Positions 54,486-63,089 of a stretch of 64,000 nucleotides of DNA are shown here, in pieces. The notes under the pieces are model-generated. The model was not told the DNA's origin. It searched no databases and was given only the letters and a program-made list of their open reading frames with translations. Origin of the DNA: Clostridia bacterium (lineage in GTDB: Bacteria; Bacillota; Clostridia; Saccharofermentanales; Saccharofermentanaceae); the NCBI GenBank assembly GCA_016281535.1, contig JAEEIT010000186.1, positions 3,514-67,513 on the forward strand. The letters are read 5' to 3'. A program made the position numbers and the translations under genes. The stretch's first letter is position 1; each line of letters opens with the position of its first letter.

Positions 54486-57187
54486 AGCCTTTATTACTTG
54501 AGATACAAGCTTTTGGTCCATATGTAGAGAAACAGACCATCGATTTTGAAGAATTGGGTAAGGATGGACTCTTCCTTATCAAAGGGAAGACCGGTAGTGG
54601 CAAGACAACGATCTTCGATGCCATGACATTTGCGTTATACGGCGGGAGCAGCGGTGATGAGGAAGTCAGCAAGGGCGGTGTCGGAAGAAACAATCTTGCC
54701 GAGTGGAGATGCAGGCAGGTAGACTCCAATACTGATACTGTGGTTTCCTTTACTTTTGAAGAAGGCGGAAAGAAGTACAATTTTACACGTAAACTCGTCC
54801 AGAAGCGGGTCAATCTTTCTGAGGAATTGTCTGCTAAACTTTTGCTTCCCGATGGCGGATCCCAGGAACTCTTCGAGAATCCGAGGAAGGACGATCTGAA
54901 CAAGAAGGCACAAGAGATAATCGGACTTACCAAGGAACAGTTCCGTCAGGTCGTATTACTCCCGCAAGGACAGTTTGAGAAATTCATTGTTGCCGAATCC
55001 GGTGACAAGGAGACTATTCTCAAGAAACTCTTCAAAGCTGATCAGTGGGAAAAGTATACAAAGATACTGTATGGAAATGCTGAAGAGCGATATAGGACAA
55101 TCCAAGGCAAAAAGATCAGAGTAGATAATTCCCTGGCTGAAGTTGAGATAAGGACGGAACTTATCGGTGAGGATAAGATCGCGGCCGTGAATACGGTTTC
55201 TGATCTCAGGGAGTATATTGAAGCGCTCCGAAGCGGCAAGAAGGCTTTGGATGAAGAGTTCGAGAAGTTCCATTCAGATGAGAAGAAAAAGCAGCTTGAT
55301 GAGGATAAGAAACTCTCCGAAAGCTTCATAATGCTTCATAAGCTTGAGGAAAAAAAGAAGGAACTCAAAGAGCGGGAACAAACATACAAAGAAAAGAGAT
55401 GTGCTAGAGAATCAGCAACTGATGTTGAACCGTTCAGGATCGGTATAAATGAACATGAGGCTGCGGAAAAAGAACTGGCAGAGCGTATAAGTGGTCTTGA
55501 TGAATTGAAAAAACAATTACCCGTTAGTAAAGAAACTGCGGAAAAGAAGAAGCAAGCTTATGAAGACTTTAAAAAGGATTCACCTGTTCAGAAAAACACC
55601 ACAAGGATAGGCGAGCTTCAGGCGAAGAGACCGGCATATGAGAAGGCTGACGAATTGAGAATGAATGCCGATACGCTGCGCGAAGAGAGGAATAAGGCAA
55701 AGACAGCGGCAGAGAAAGCATCAGAGAACTATAAGAAGGCCCTAAAGGAGGCCGGGGAAAAGAAAGCATTCTTTGATGCAGAAGATGAAAAGGCCAGGGA
55801 GTATCGTGACAGATATTTCAGTGGTATTTACGGAGAAATTGCTTCGAATCTCGAAGAGGGAAAGCCATGTCCTGTGTGTGGTAACACACATCATCCTGAT
55901 CTTGCGCAAAAAGCGGATGACAGCATCAGCAAGGAGGAGATGGAAAAGCAAGACCAGGCTTCCGAGAATGCGCGGAAGGCATGGGCCGATGCTGACAAAC
56001 AGCGTCAATCGGCTGAGGAAAATGCCAAAAAGCGGAATGAGGAATTCATCGAAGCCGATAAAGCGTATTCGCAGGCCAACACCACATTTGAGAATAACAA
56101 GAACACTCTTTTGGAAGACATAAAGGACTTGGATGCTCTTAATAAATCAATTGAGAAGCTGGAAGCTGCCAACAGAAAATACGAAGAGGATTGCAGGAAA
56201 TATGAAGACGCTGCTAAGAAAGCGCAGAGCAGCTTTGAGGGGCTGCAAACCAAGATCGAAGCTGCCGAAAACGAGATGAAAAAAGCAGAGAAGGATCTTC
56301 TCGATAAGAAGACGGCACTTGAGGCAAAGATGAAAGAAAAAGGGTATTCGACCATCGATGAGATCAAGAGCAAGATGATGGATCCTCAGACTCTTGCAAC
56401 CTTGACGCAAGAGATTGCATCTTACGATCAGCAGTGTAAAGATATTGATAAATCCCTTGAAGAAAGAGTGGAACTACTCAAGGGTAAGGTCGAACCCGAT
56501 GCCTCAAAGTTTGCCGAACGTCAAGACGATATTGACAAAAAAGAAAAAACCTACCAGGAAAAAAGATTTAAGTTTTCTGAAGTGATCAACGGATTAGAGA
56601 CGAAAGAAAAAGGATTGGCCTCCCTTGAGAAAGAGTACCTGGATACTATTCAACAAGCTGAGGATGACCTGTCCTTTGCGAAAAAACTTCGTGGAGACAC
56701 TGGAATGGGTCTTCAGCGTTATGTCCTGGCGATCATGTTTGACCAGGTTATTGGAGAAGCAAACAGGATGCTTTCTAAAGTCCACGGAGGTCGTTACCAG
56801 CTGTTTCGGACCGACGATAAGGGTTCCGGCAACAAGAAGGGATTGGAATTGAAAGTTTACGACAGGAGAAGTCCTGATGACAAGACCGGAAGAAGTGTCA
56901 GGATGCTTTCCGGAGGAGAGAAATTCCTTGTCTCGCTTTCTCTATCCATCGGCATGTCCACGATTGCTCAAAAGGCAGGCATGAGGATCGATTCCCTGTT
57001 CATTGACGAAGGATTCGGAACGCTCGATGAGACTTCAATCAATGACGCCATGGAAATCTTGGAGTGTGTAAGGAAAAACAGCGGTGTTATCGGAATAATC
57101 AGCCATGTTAAGCTTCTTGAAGAAAACATCGCAACCCAGATCGAAGTCGTTAAGACGGACAATGGAAACTACATTAAGGCCGTATAA
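54482..57187 (+). CDS. sbcC: Exonuclease SbcCD, ATPase subunit C (Rad50-like)
   Basis: Walker A GKTGSGKTT, a long E/K coiled coil with the zinc hook CPVCG, signature LSGGEKFLVSLSL and Walker B LFIDEGFGTLD. An ATGA overlap links it to sbcD. Confidence 0.9.
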   Translation: MKPLLLEIQAFGPYVEKQTIDFEELGKDGLFLIKGKTGSGKTTIFDAMTFALYGGSSGDEEVSKGGVGRNNLAEWRCRQVDSNTDTVVSFTFEEGGKKYNFTRKLVQKRVNLSEELSAKLLLPDGGSQELFENPRKDDLNKKAQEIIGLTKEQFRQVVLLPQGQFEKFIVAESGDKETILKKLFKADQWEKYTKILYGNAEERYRTIQGKKIRVDNSLAEVEIRTELIGEDKIAAVNTVSDLREYIEALRSGKKALDEEFEKFHSDEKKKQLDEDKKLSESFIMLHKLEEKKKELKEREQTYKEKRCARESATDVEPFRIGINEHEAAEKELAERISGLDELKKQLPVSKETAEKKKQAYEDFKKDSPVQKNTTRIGELQAKRPAYEKADELRMNADTLREERNKAKTAAEKASENYKKALKEAGEKKAFFDAEDEKAREYRDRYFSGIYGEIASNLEEGKPCPVCGNTHHPDLAQKADDSISKEEMEKQDQASENARKAWADADKQRQSAEENAKKRNEEFIEADKAYSQANTTFENNKNTLLEDIKDLDALNKSIEKLEAANRKYEEDCRKYEDAAKKAQSSFEGLQTKIEAAENEMKKAEKDLLDKKTALEAKMKEKGYSTIDEIKSKMMDPQTLATLTQEIASYDQQCKDIDKSLEERVELLKGKVEPDASKFAERQDDIDKKEKTYQEKRFKFSEVINGLETKEKGLASLEKEYLDTIQQAEDDLSFAKKLRGDTGMGLQRYVLAIMFDQVIGEANRMLSKVHGGRYQLFRTDDKGSGNKKGLELKVYDRRSPDDKTGRSVRMLSGGEKFLVSLSLSIGMSTIAQKAGMRIDSLFIDEGFGTLDETSINDAMEILECVRKNSGVIGIISHVKLLEENIATQIEVVKTDNGNYIKAV

Positions 57188-57263
57188 TGTATTTCTGGTG
57201 GTAGAGTATAAGATTCCTCTGGAAGGTCTGGGTAAGTCGATTCGCTGATACACATACGAAAAA

Positions 57264-57297
57264 GGCCGCCTCCTCATGTTGCCATGAAGAGGCGGCC
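57264..57297. terminator. Bidirectional intrinsic terminator between sbcC and the convergent lipoprotein gene
   Basis: GGCCGCCTCCTCATG-TTGC-CATGAAGAGGCGGCC (15-bp stem, one mismatch), preceded by AAAAA and followed by CTTCTTGTCTT. Confidence 0.75.
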
Positions 57298-57322
57298 CTT
57301 CTTGTCTTCGGGTTCTGAGAGA

Positions 57323-58174
57323 TTACTTAACGGTAACCTTCGTGATGTGCGGGTTGGCGCCCTCGTACCAGTAGAGGAAACCTTCCATATCAACGGTGTC
57401 GCCGATCTTCAGTTCTTTTACAGCCTTGTAGACTTCGGAATCCTTATCGCAGAGATAAGACTCAACTGTGAAGTTATAGGTCTGACCGTTTACGGAAACA
57501 TTGAAGTACAGGTCGTCGCCTTCTTCACCGGAACCGTCCCACTTGTAAAGGAAAGCAACATCGTTGCCATTAGCATCCTTGGAAGCTTCGACCTTCATGC
57601 CTGTGAAGGAAACGAGCTGGTTCTGCTTGTTGATGAGATCGTCTGTACCGAGATCTGCTGTTACATCAACCGGGGTTGCTGTCCATGTTCCGTCGATGAC
57701 TTCGAAAGTCGCATCAACGATCTCAACTTCGCCGGACCACTCAGACTTGAAGCCGTGAACGCGGATCTTCTGACCATCGGTCAGCTTCGCGTAATCTGCC
57801 TCAGAGCATGCCATGTTGTAGCAGAAATACGCACCATCCTCATCCTGAAGATATACGGTTGCCTTGTCATCCCACCAGGACTGCTTGCCCTGTACGTATG
57901 CCTCGATGGTAACCTCGCTCTCCAGCTCGGCAGCTGCGTAGTCAGCATAGGACATAACGGAAGCGGCCTCAGAGGACGGAGCTTCTTCGGAAGTCGTTGC
58001 CTCTGTGTCAGATGTATCTTCGGAAGAAGCCTCGGTCGACTCTTCGAAAGAAGCCTCTGTGGATTCCGCTGCGGTGGTTGTACCTTCAGTGGCCTTGGTG
58101 GTCTCATCCTTCTTGCATCCGGTCATAGCCAGAAGCATAGAAACGGAAAGAATGGCGATAATACACTTTTTCAT
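57323..58174 (-). CDS. Lipoprotein of unknown function (two OB-/beta-sandwich-like repeats)
   Basis: Signal MKKCIIAILSVSMLLAMTGC and a T/E/S-rich linker. No family was recognised. It is the last gene of the sugar ABC operon on the minus strand. Confidence 0.7.
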   Translation of the reverse strand: MKKCIIAILSVSMLLAMTGCKKDETTKATEGTTTAAESTEASFEESTEASSEDTSDTEATTSEEAPSSEAASVMSYADYAAAELESEVTIEAYVQGKQSWWDDKATVYLQDEDGAYFCYNMACSEADYAKLTDGQKIRVHGFKSEWSGEVEIVDATFEVIDGTWTATPVDVTADLGTDDLINKQNQLVSFTGMKVEASKDANGNDVAFLYKWDGSGEEGDDLYFNVSVNGQTYNFTVESYLCDKDSEVYKAVKELKIGDTVDMEGFLYWYEGANPHITKVTVK

Positions 58175-58312
58175 GATAATCACTCCTCTTACTATTTAGC
58201 TTTCTTTCTCGGATCTTCTATATGGATCCTTTTCCCTTCCTGCTCATAAAAGAGCGGTCACAGTGTTCATTTCCTGCAACCGCCCCTCATTATACGACTA
58301 AATAAGTGCGTG

Positions 58313-59953
58313 TCACGCTTTTTTCTTCCTTATGGCGCGATAAACTACATATGTACCAATCAGGACCCATGAAACACAAAGACTTACCAGCAAAATCACG
58401 GCAGTCTTCGGCATTTTGCCAAGGTCCTTGATGTTGCCGGTCGTCTTGCTCTCGATCTGGTCGAGACGGTAGAGTGTCTGCATATCGCCGTAGAGTTTCT
58501 CGTAATAGGCATCGTCGATGGTCTGCTTTCTTCGGGAGGACTTCGTTACGTTCTCGATGAGGTCGCCGGCGGCATTGCGAAGAGAGGCGGAACCGTTAAA
58601 GACCGGGGTGACGAAGGTATATTCCGTATTCTCTATAAGGAGCTCGCAGGCTTCGATCTTGACCCGGTAATGCAGTGCGTCGGTCTCGCTCTTGGCCGAG
58701 AGATAGTCAAGATATTCATGGGATTCGCGGGCCTTCGATGTTACGGGGACGTAGCCTTCGGTCTGGCAGTAGGAAAGCTGGACATCGTTCGACAGCAGAT
58801 AGGAGGCGAAGAGCCAGCTGGCCAGAACCTCGCCGCTGTCTTTCTTGTTGAAGATGCAGATGGACGGTCCCTGGGAGATCATCTTCGGGGAAGAAGGATC
58901 GAATTGCGGGACGGGATAGACGACGGTCTCGAAATCGATGAGTTTATCTTCGCTGATATCGATGTTCGGGGCATGGGAGCCCATCCAGGTGGCGCCTGCC
59001 GTGGAATCGATCGCGAAGATGCATTGCCCGGCGTTTAGGAAGTTCGCGGGGTAGCTGCTGATCTTAAAGGTGGAGAAGGCGCCTGTCTTCGCGTGCTGGG
59101 AGATCTCATCGAGAAGGGAACGGGTCGTATCGTTAAAGAGCAGGACATCGCCGGCAGGAGTGGAATACTCGCCGCCCTTCTGGGCCAGCATCTGAATCAT
59201 CATGTTATCACTGGACTTATAGATAAAGGGGATCATGGTCTTCTGTCCGTTAATCGCGAAAGTCCCGTCTGCGTTCTTCTTCGTGGCGGCTTCGGATACT
59301 TCCCAGACGAAGTCCCAGGTCAGTACTTCAGGAAGGGTGAAACCGAGCTTCTCCACGAAGTCTTTATTGACGTAGCAGGCCTCGGTGGAGCGCATGAACG
59401 GCAGGGCGTAGTGGTCATTCCCGATGCGGCATTCCTCGATATACTGGGGGATCAGCTCGCTGTAGGACGGAGAATCGAAGCGGACTTCGCTGCCGCCCAG
59501 ACCGAACCGGCTGTCCTTCATGAGAGAGTCGAGAGGGACGACGACATTGTCACCGGTCATATAGGTGGCGATATGGTCAGGATACGTGATGCAGATATTC
59601 GGTGTCGTGCCGGTACTGATATTGGTGATGACGTCATTATAGATCTGACCGTAATCTGTGTAGAAACGGATGTTGACGTGGATATTCGGATACAGGTTCT
59701 GAAAGTCCGTAACTGCCTTGTTATAGATACTCTTCTGCGTCGCATTGGTGTCGTTCTTCGCCCAGAATGTGATCTCGTAGGTGCGGGTGGTATCAAACTC
59801 ATCCGGCACATCAAATGCGTGAAGATCTTTCGCGCCATGGCAGGAAACGAGTGACAGGCAGCAAGGCAGAAGGAAAAGAACTGTAAGCACAAGCGACAGT
59901 GCTTTTGCAGTAGGAAAATGAATATGGCGGCTACCGGTGATCCTCTTACTCAT
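58313..59953 (-). CDS. ABC sugar transporter solute-binding lipoprotein with additional C-terminal TM anchor
   Basis: Lipobox ...LLPCCLSLVSC. The body is SBP_bac_1-like (YEITFWAKNDTN..., TPNICITYPDH). The C-terminal hydrophobic helix TAVILLVSLCVSWVLIGTYVVY is followed by RAIRKKKA. Confidence 0.8.
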   Translation of the reverse strand: MSKRITGSRHIHFPTAKALSLVLTVLFLLPCCLSLVSCHGAKDLHAFDVPDEFDTTRTYEITFWAKNDTNATQKSIYNKAVTDFQNLYPNIHVNIRFYTDYGQIYNDVITNISTGTTPNICITYPDHIATYMTGDNVVVPLDSLMKDSRFGLGGSEVRFDSPSYSELIPQYIEECRIGNDHYALPFMRSTEACYVNKDFVEKLGFTLPEVLTWDFVWEVSEAATKKNADGTFAINGQKTMIPFIYKSSDNMMIQMLAQKGGEYSTPAGDVLLFNDTTRSLLDEISQHAKTGAFSTFKISSYPANFLNAGQCIFAIDSTAGATWMGSHAPNIDISEDKLIDFETVVYPVPQFDPSSPKMISQGPSICIFNKKDSGEVLASWLFASYLLSNDVQLSYCQTEGYVPVTSKARESHEYLDYLSAKSETDALHYRVKIEACELLIENTEYTFVTPVFNGSASLRNAAGDLIENVTKSSRRKQTIDDAYYEKLYGDMQTLYRLDQIESKTTGNIKDLGKMPKTAVILLVSLCVSWVLIGTYVVYRAIRKKKA

Positions 59954-60825
59954 CCCTTGGTACCTCCTCGGCTGACGCCCTCCATGATCTTCTTATGGAA
60001 GATGAGGAAGAGAATGATGAGCGGTATGGAGATGACGACGACGGCGGCCATCATGGCGGGGATGTTCTCGCGTCCGAAGCCGTTCTCGCGGATCTCGGAG
60101 ATACCGTTACTGACGAGGAAATACTTCGGGTCGTCGGTGATGAGTCTCGGCCAGACATAGGCGTTCCAGCACTCGATGACTTTCAGGATCACGACGGTGA
60201 CGATGGTCGGTGAGCAGATCGGGACCATGACCTTGAAGAGGTATTTCAGGTCCGAGGTACCGTCTACTTTCGCGGCCTTATAGAGATCGTCGGGGATCTG
60301 CTCGAAGTTTTCTTTCAGAAGATAGATGTAGAAGACCGAGGTCACGGACGGAAGGATCAGTCCTGTGAACGTGTTTCGAAGTCCCCAGTTGGTGATGGTG
60401 ACGAAGTTCGTGATGATGACCAGTTCGGAAGGGATCATCATGAGGGACAGGAAAAGCGTGAACACGAGGTTCTTGCCGCGGAACTGGAGCCTGGAGAAGG
60501 CGAAGGCGGCGAAAATGATGACGATCATCATCAGGGCCGTGGTGATCACGGTGAAGAGGAACGTGTTCAGGAAATACCGTCCGAGCGATACGCCGGTAAA
60601 AGCATCGCCGTAGTTCTGAAGCGTCGGGGAGGCCGTGACGAACCGGGGTGTGAACTCGGCGTTATAGCTGCCGTAGCTCTTGATCGAGGTAAGGATCATC
60701 CAGTAGAAGGGGAACAGCACGATGATCCCCCACATGGAAAGAAGCACGTAGGTGATGGTCTTGCGGATCAGGGCGGCGGTCCTGGTCTTCTTGCTTATCT
60801 GGCCGTAGTCATGCATCAGGTCCAC
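59950..60825 (-). CDS. Carbohydrate ABC transporter permease (MalG-like)
   Basis: Six-TM pattern with the EAA loop YKAAKVDGTSDLKYLFKVMVPICSPT. Confidence 0.88.
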   Translation of the reverse strand: MDLMHDYGQISKKTRTAALIRKTITYVLLSMWGIIVLFPFYWMILTSIKSYGSYNAEFTPRFVTASPTLQNYGDAFTGVSLGRYFLNTFLFTVITTALMMIVIIFAAFAFSRLQFRGKNLVFTLFLSLMMIPSELVIITNFVTITNWGLRNTFTGLILPSVTSVFYIYLLKENFEQIPDDLYKAAKVDGTSDLKYLFKVMVPICSPTIVTVVILKVIECWNAYVWPRLITDDPKYFLVSNGISEIRENGFGRENIPAMMAAVVVISIPLIILFLIFHKKIMEGVSRGGTKG

Positions 60826-60830
60826 CTCCT

Positions 60831-61802
60831 TTACCGTATGGATGTTTTCTTGCTGATCAGCAGGTTCACGACCGTGATGGTGAACACGATGGCGAAGAGG
60901 ATCAGCGCGGCAGCGGCGGCGTAGGACGGGTATCCGCCCGAGTCGCCGTAGAGCATGTCGTAGACATAGCCGACGATGGTGTTCATGCCGGCGGAGTTGA
61001 GGTTCGTGCCGAAGATGGCGACCTCGTCGGAATAAGCCTTGAAGGCACCGATGAAGCCTGTGATCACGAGATAGAAGATCATGGGGGAGATCATCGGAAG
61101 AGTGATGTGTGTGAACTGGCGGAACCGCGAAGTGCCGTCGATCCGGGCGGCCTTGTAATATACTTCGTCGACCGAGGCAAGTGCGGAGGTCAGGATCAGG
61201 ACCTTAAAGGGGAGGACGACCCATATGGTGTAGAAGCACATGACGAACATCTTCGCCCAGTAGGGGCCGTCGATAAAGTCGATGGGGCCGGTCTTAAATA
61301 CGGCCAGGATCATATTGATGAGACCGTCGGTATAGGGTGTCTTCTTGAACATGATCATGAAGACCAGACCGACAGCCAGGGTATTCGTTACATAGGGAAG
61401 GAAGAAGATCGTCTGGAAGACTTCCTTGAGTTTCTTGATGGAGTTGAGCCCTAATGAGATCAGCAGGGCAAGAAGGGTCGACAGCGGTACCGTGATGATG
61501 ACGATGATGAATGTGTTCTTTACGGCCTGCAGGAAATACGGATCGTGGAGAACGTAGGCGTAGTTGAACCAGCCGGTTCCGAAAGAGGTCTGGGATGCGG
61601 AGTTATACCCTTCCTCGAAGGAATAGATCAGTACATCGATCAGGGGATAGACCATGAAGATCCCGAGAAACAGAAGTGCCGGCAGAAGATACAGCCATGC
61701 CTTCAGGCTCTTCAGCTTCGTAAGGGTGGAGGACTTCCTGTATGTGGGCTTGCCCGTGATCGAGGAGCGGCCGGATTCCTGATTGTCTACATGCGCGCTC
61801 AT
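60831..61802 (-). CDS. Carbohydrate ABC transporter permease (MalF-like)
   Basis: EAA loop YKAARIDGTSRFRQFTHITLPMISPM. There is a 4-nt overlap with the ATPase gene. Confidence 0.88.
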   Translation of the reverse strand: MSAHVDNQESGRSSITGKPTYRKSSTLTKLKSLKAWLYLLPALLFLGIFMVYPLIDVLIYSFEEGYNSASQTSFGTGWFNYAYVLHDPYFLQAVKNTFIIVIITVPLSTLLALLISLGLNSIKKLKEVFQTIFFLPYVTNTLAVGLVFMIMFKKTPYTDGLINMILAVFKTGPIDFIDGPYWAKMFVMCFYTIWVVLPFKVLILTSALASVDEVYYKAARIDGTSRFRQFTHITLPMISPMIFYLVITGFIGAFKAYSDEVAIFGTNLNSAGMNTIVGYVYDMLYGDSGGYPSYAAAAALILFAIVFTITVVNLLISKKTSIR

Positions 61803-62932
61803 ATCAGACGCTCCTGGGATTCCTTCGAGAATACGAAGACTTTCTTCGGGTTCAGGTCGAAGCTGACTATCTGGCTTTCCGGATCGATCTGGTTGTCGGA
61901 AGAGACAATGGCACGGTGGCGTGTTCCTTCTATCTCGGACATGCTGTGGGAGAAGACTACGCTTGTGTCTCGGCCCATGACTTCGACGGCCAGAAGAGAA
62001 GCAGAGAAGACACCGTTCTTCCCGTCGAGTCTGCCATCTTTTCCTTCGCGAAGGACGAATCCTTCCGGGCGGATGCCGATATAGACTTCCTGATCAGATG
62101 TGTCCTTGACGTAGTCTTTACCAAGGATCTCTTCCTGTCCGATACAGAGTTTCCCGCCTTCTATTCTACCGGTAAAAACATTGATCGGTGGTGTGCCGAG
62201 GAATTTGGCAACGAAGAGGTTCGTGGGCTGGTCATACACTTCCTGGGGTTTCCCGATCTGGTGGATGGCGCCGTCCTTCATGACGACGATCAGGTCGGAG
62301 ATACTCATCGCCTCCTCCTGATCGTGGGTGACGAATACTGTAGTGATCTTCGTTTCGTTCTGGATCCGCTTGATTTCTTCACGGGTCTGGATACGAAGAC
62401 GGGCATCCAGATTCGAAAGAGGCTCATCGAGAAGAAGTACGCGTGGCATCTTCACAAGGGCACGGGCGATGGCGACACGCTGCTGCTGTCCACCACTCAT
62501 CTCGTTCGGCTTCCTGTCCATCAGCTCCTCGATCTGTACGATCTTTGCCGCTTCGAGGGCTTTGGCTTCCATCTGCTCTTTCGTCATTTTCTGCTCGCCC
62601 TTTAAGTTCTGAAGGGGGAACATGATGTTCTTCCTTACATTGAGATGCGGGTAGAGGGCATAACTCTGGAAGACCATGCCGACACCGCGGTTCTCGGCCG
62701 GGATGTCAGTGACATCGTCATCATCGAAGTAGATGCGGCCTTCGGTCGGCGTCTCCAGACCGCAGATAAGATTCAGGGCAGTGCTTTTGCCACAGCCTGA
62801 CGGACCGAGAAGACCGACGAGTTTGCCGTCGGGGATCTCGAAAGTGAAGTGATCCACGGCCACGACCTCGGCCTTGATCTTCTTATTTCTGTTGGGAAAT
62901 CTCTTCGTTAGCCCCTCAAAACGGATCTTCAT
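61799..62932 (-). CDS. Sugar ABC transporter ATP-binding protein (MalK/MsiK/UgpC type)
   Basis: GPSGCGKST, MSGGQQQRVAIARAL and LLLDEPLSNLD, with a C-terminal TOBE-like regulatory domain. Confidence 0.9.
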   Translation of the reverse strand: MKIRFEGLTKRFPNRNKKIKAEVVAVDHFTFEIPDGKLVGLLGPSGCGKSTALNLICGLETPTEGRIYFDDDDVTDIPAENRGVGMVFQSYALYPHLNVRKNIMFPLQNLKGEQKMTKEQMEAKALEAAKIVQIEELMDRKPNEMSGGQQQRVAIARALVKMPRVLLLDEPLSNLDARLRIQTREEIKRIQNETKITTVFVTHDQEEAMSISDLIVVMKDGAIHQIGKPQEVYDQPTNLFVAKFLGTPPINVFTGRIEGGKLCIGQEEILGKDYVKDTSDQEVYIGIRPEGFVLREGKDGRLDGKNGVFSASLLAVEVMGRDTSVVFSHSMSEIEGTRHRAIVSSDNQIDPESQIVSFDLNPKKVFVFSKESQERLI

Positions 62933-63089
62933 GTGAAATCCTCCTTACCCATACCCCTCATGAGTTACTTCTAATGTACCACAATTTAGGGAAAGAGACA
63001 CGGACAGATTCAGAAGAGGGGAAGGGTTGAGAAAAGGTGGTCCTTTCTTGTACAATGTTCCTAGCCGGACTTAGGGAGGAAGAGAAGTT

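Noticed and set aside
53349-57187. I considered whether the low-GC nuclease/ATPase pair is a defence system (a Lamassu-, Gabija- or Wadjet-like SMC/nuclease pair) and not SbcCD.
   Set aside because: All canonical SbcD (Mre11 phosphoesterase motifs I-IV) and SbcC (Walker A/B, signature, CPVCG zinc hook) features are present. It has the standard two-gene overlapping arrangement and no extra defence-type genes. I kept only the compositional anomaly as a finding.
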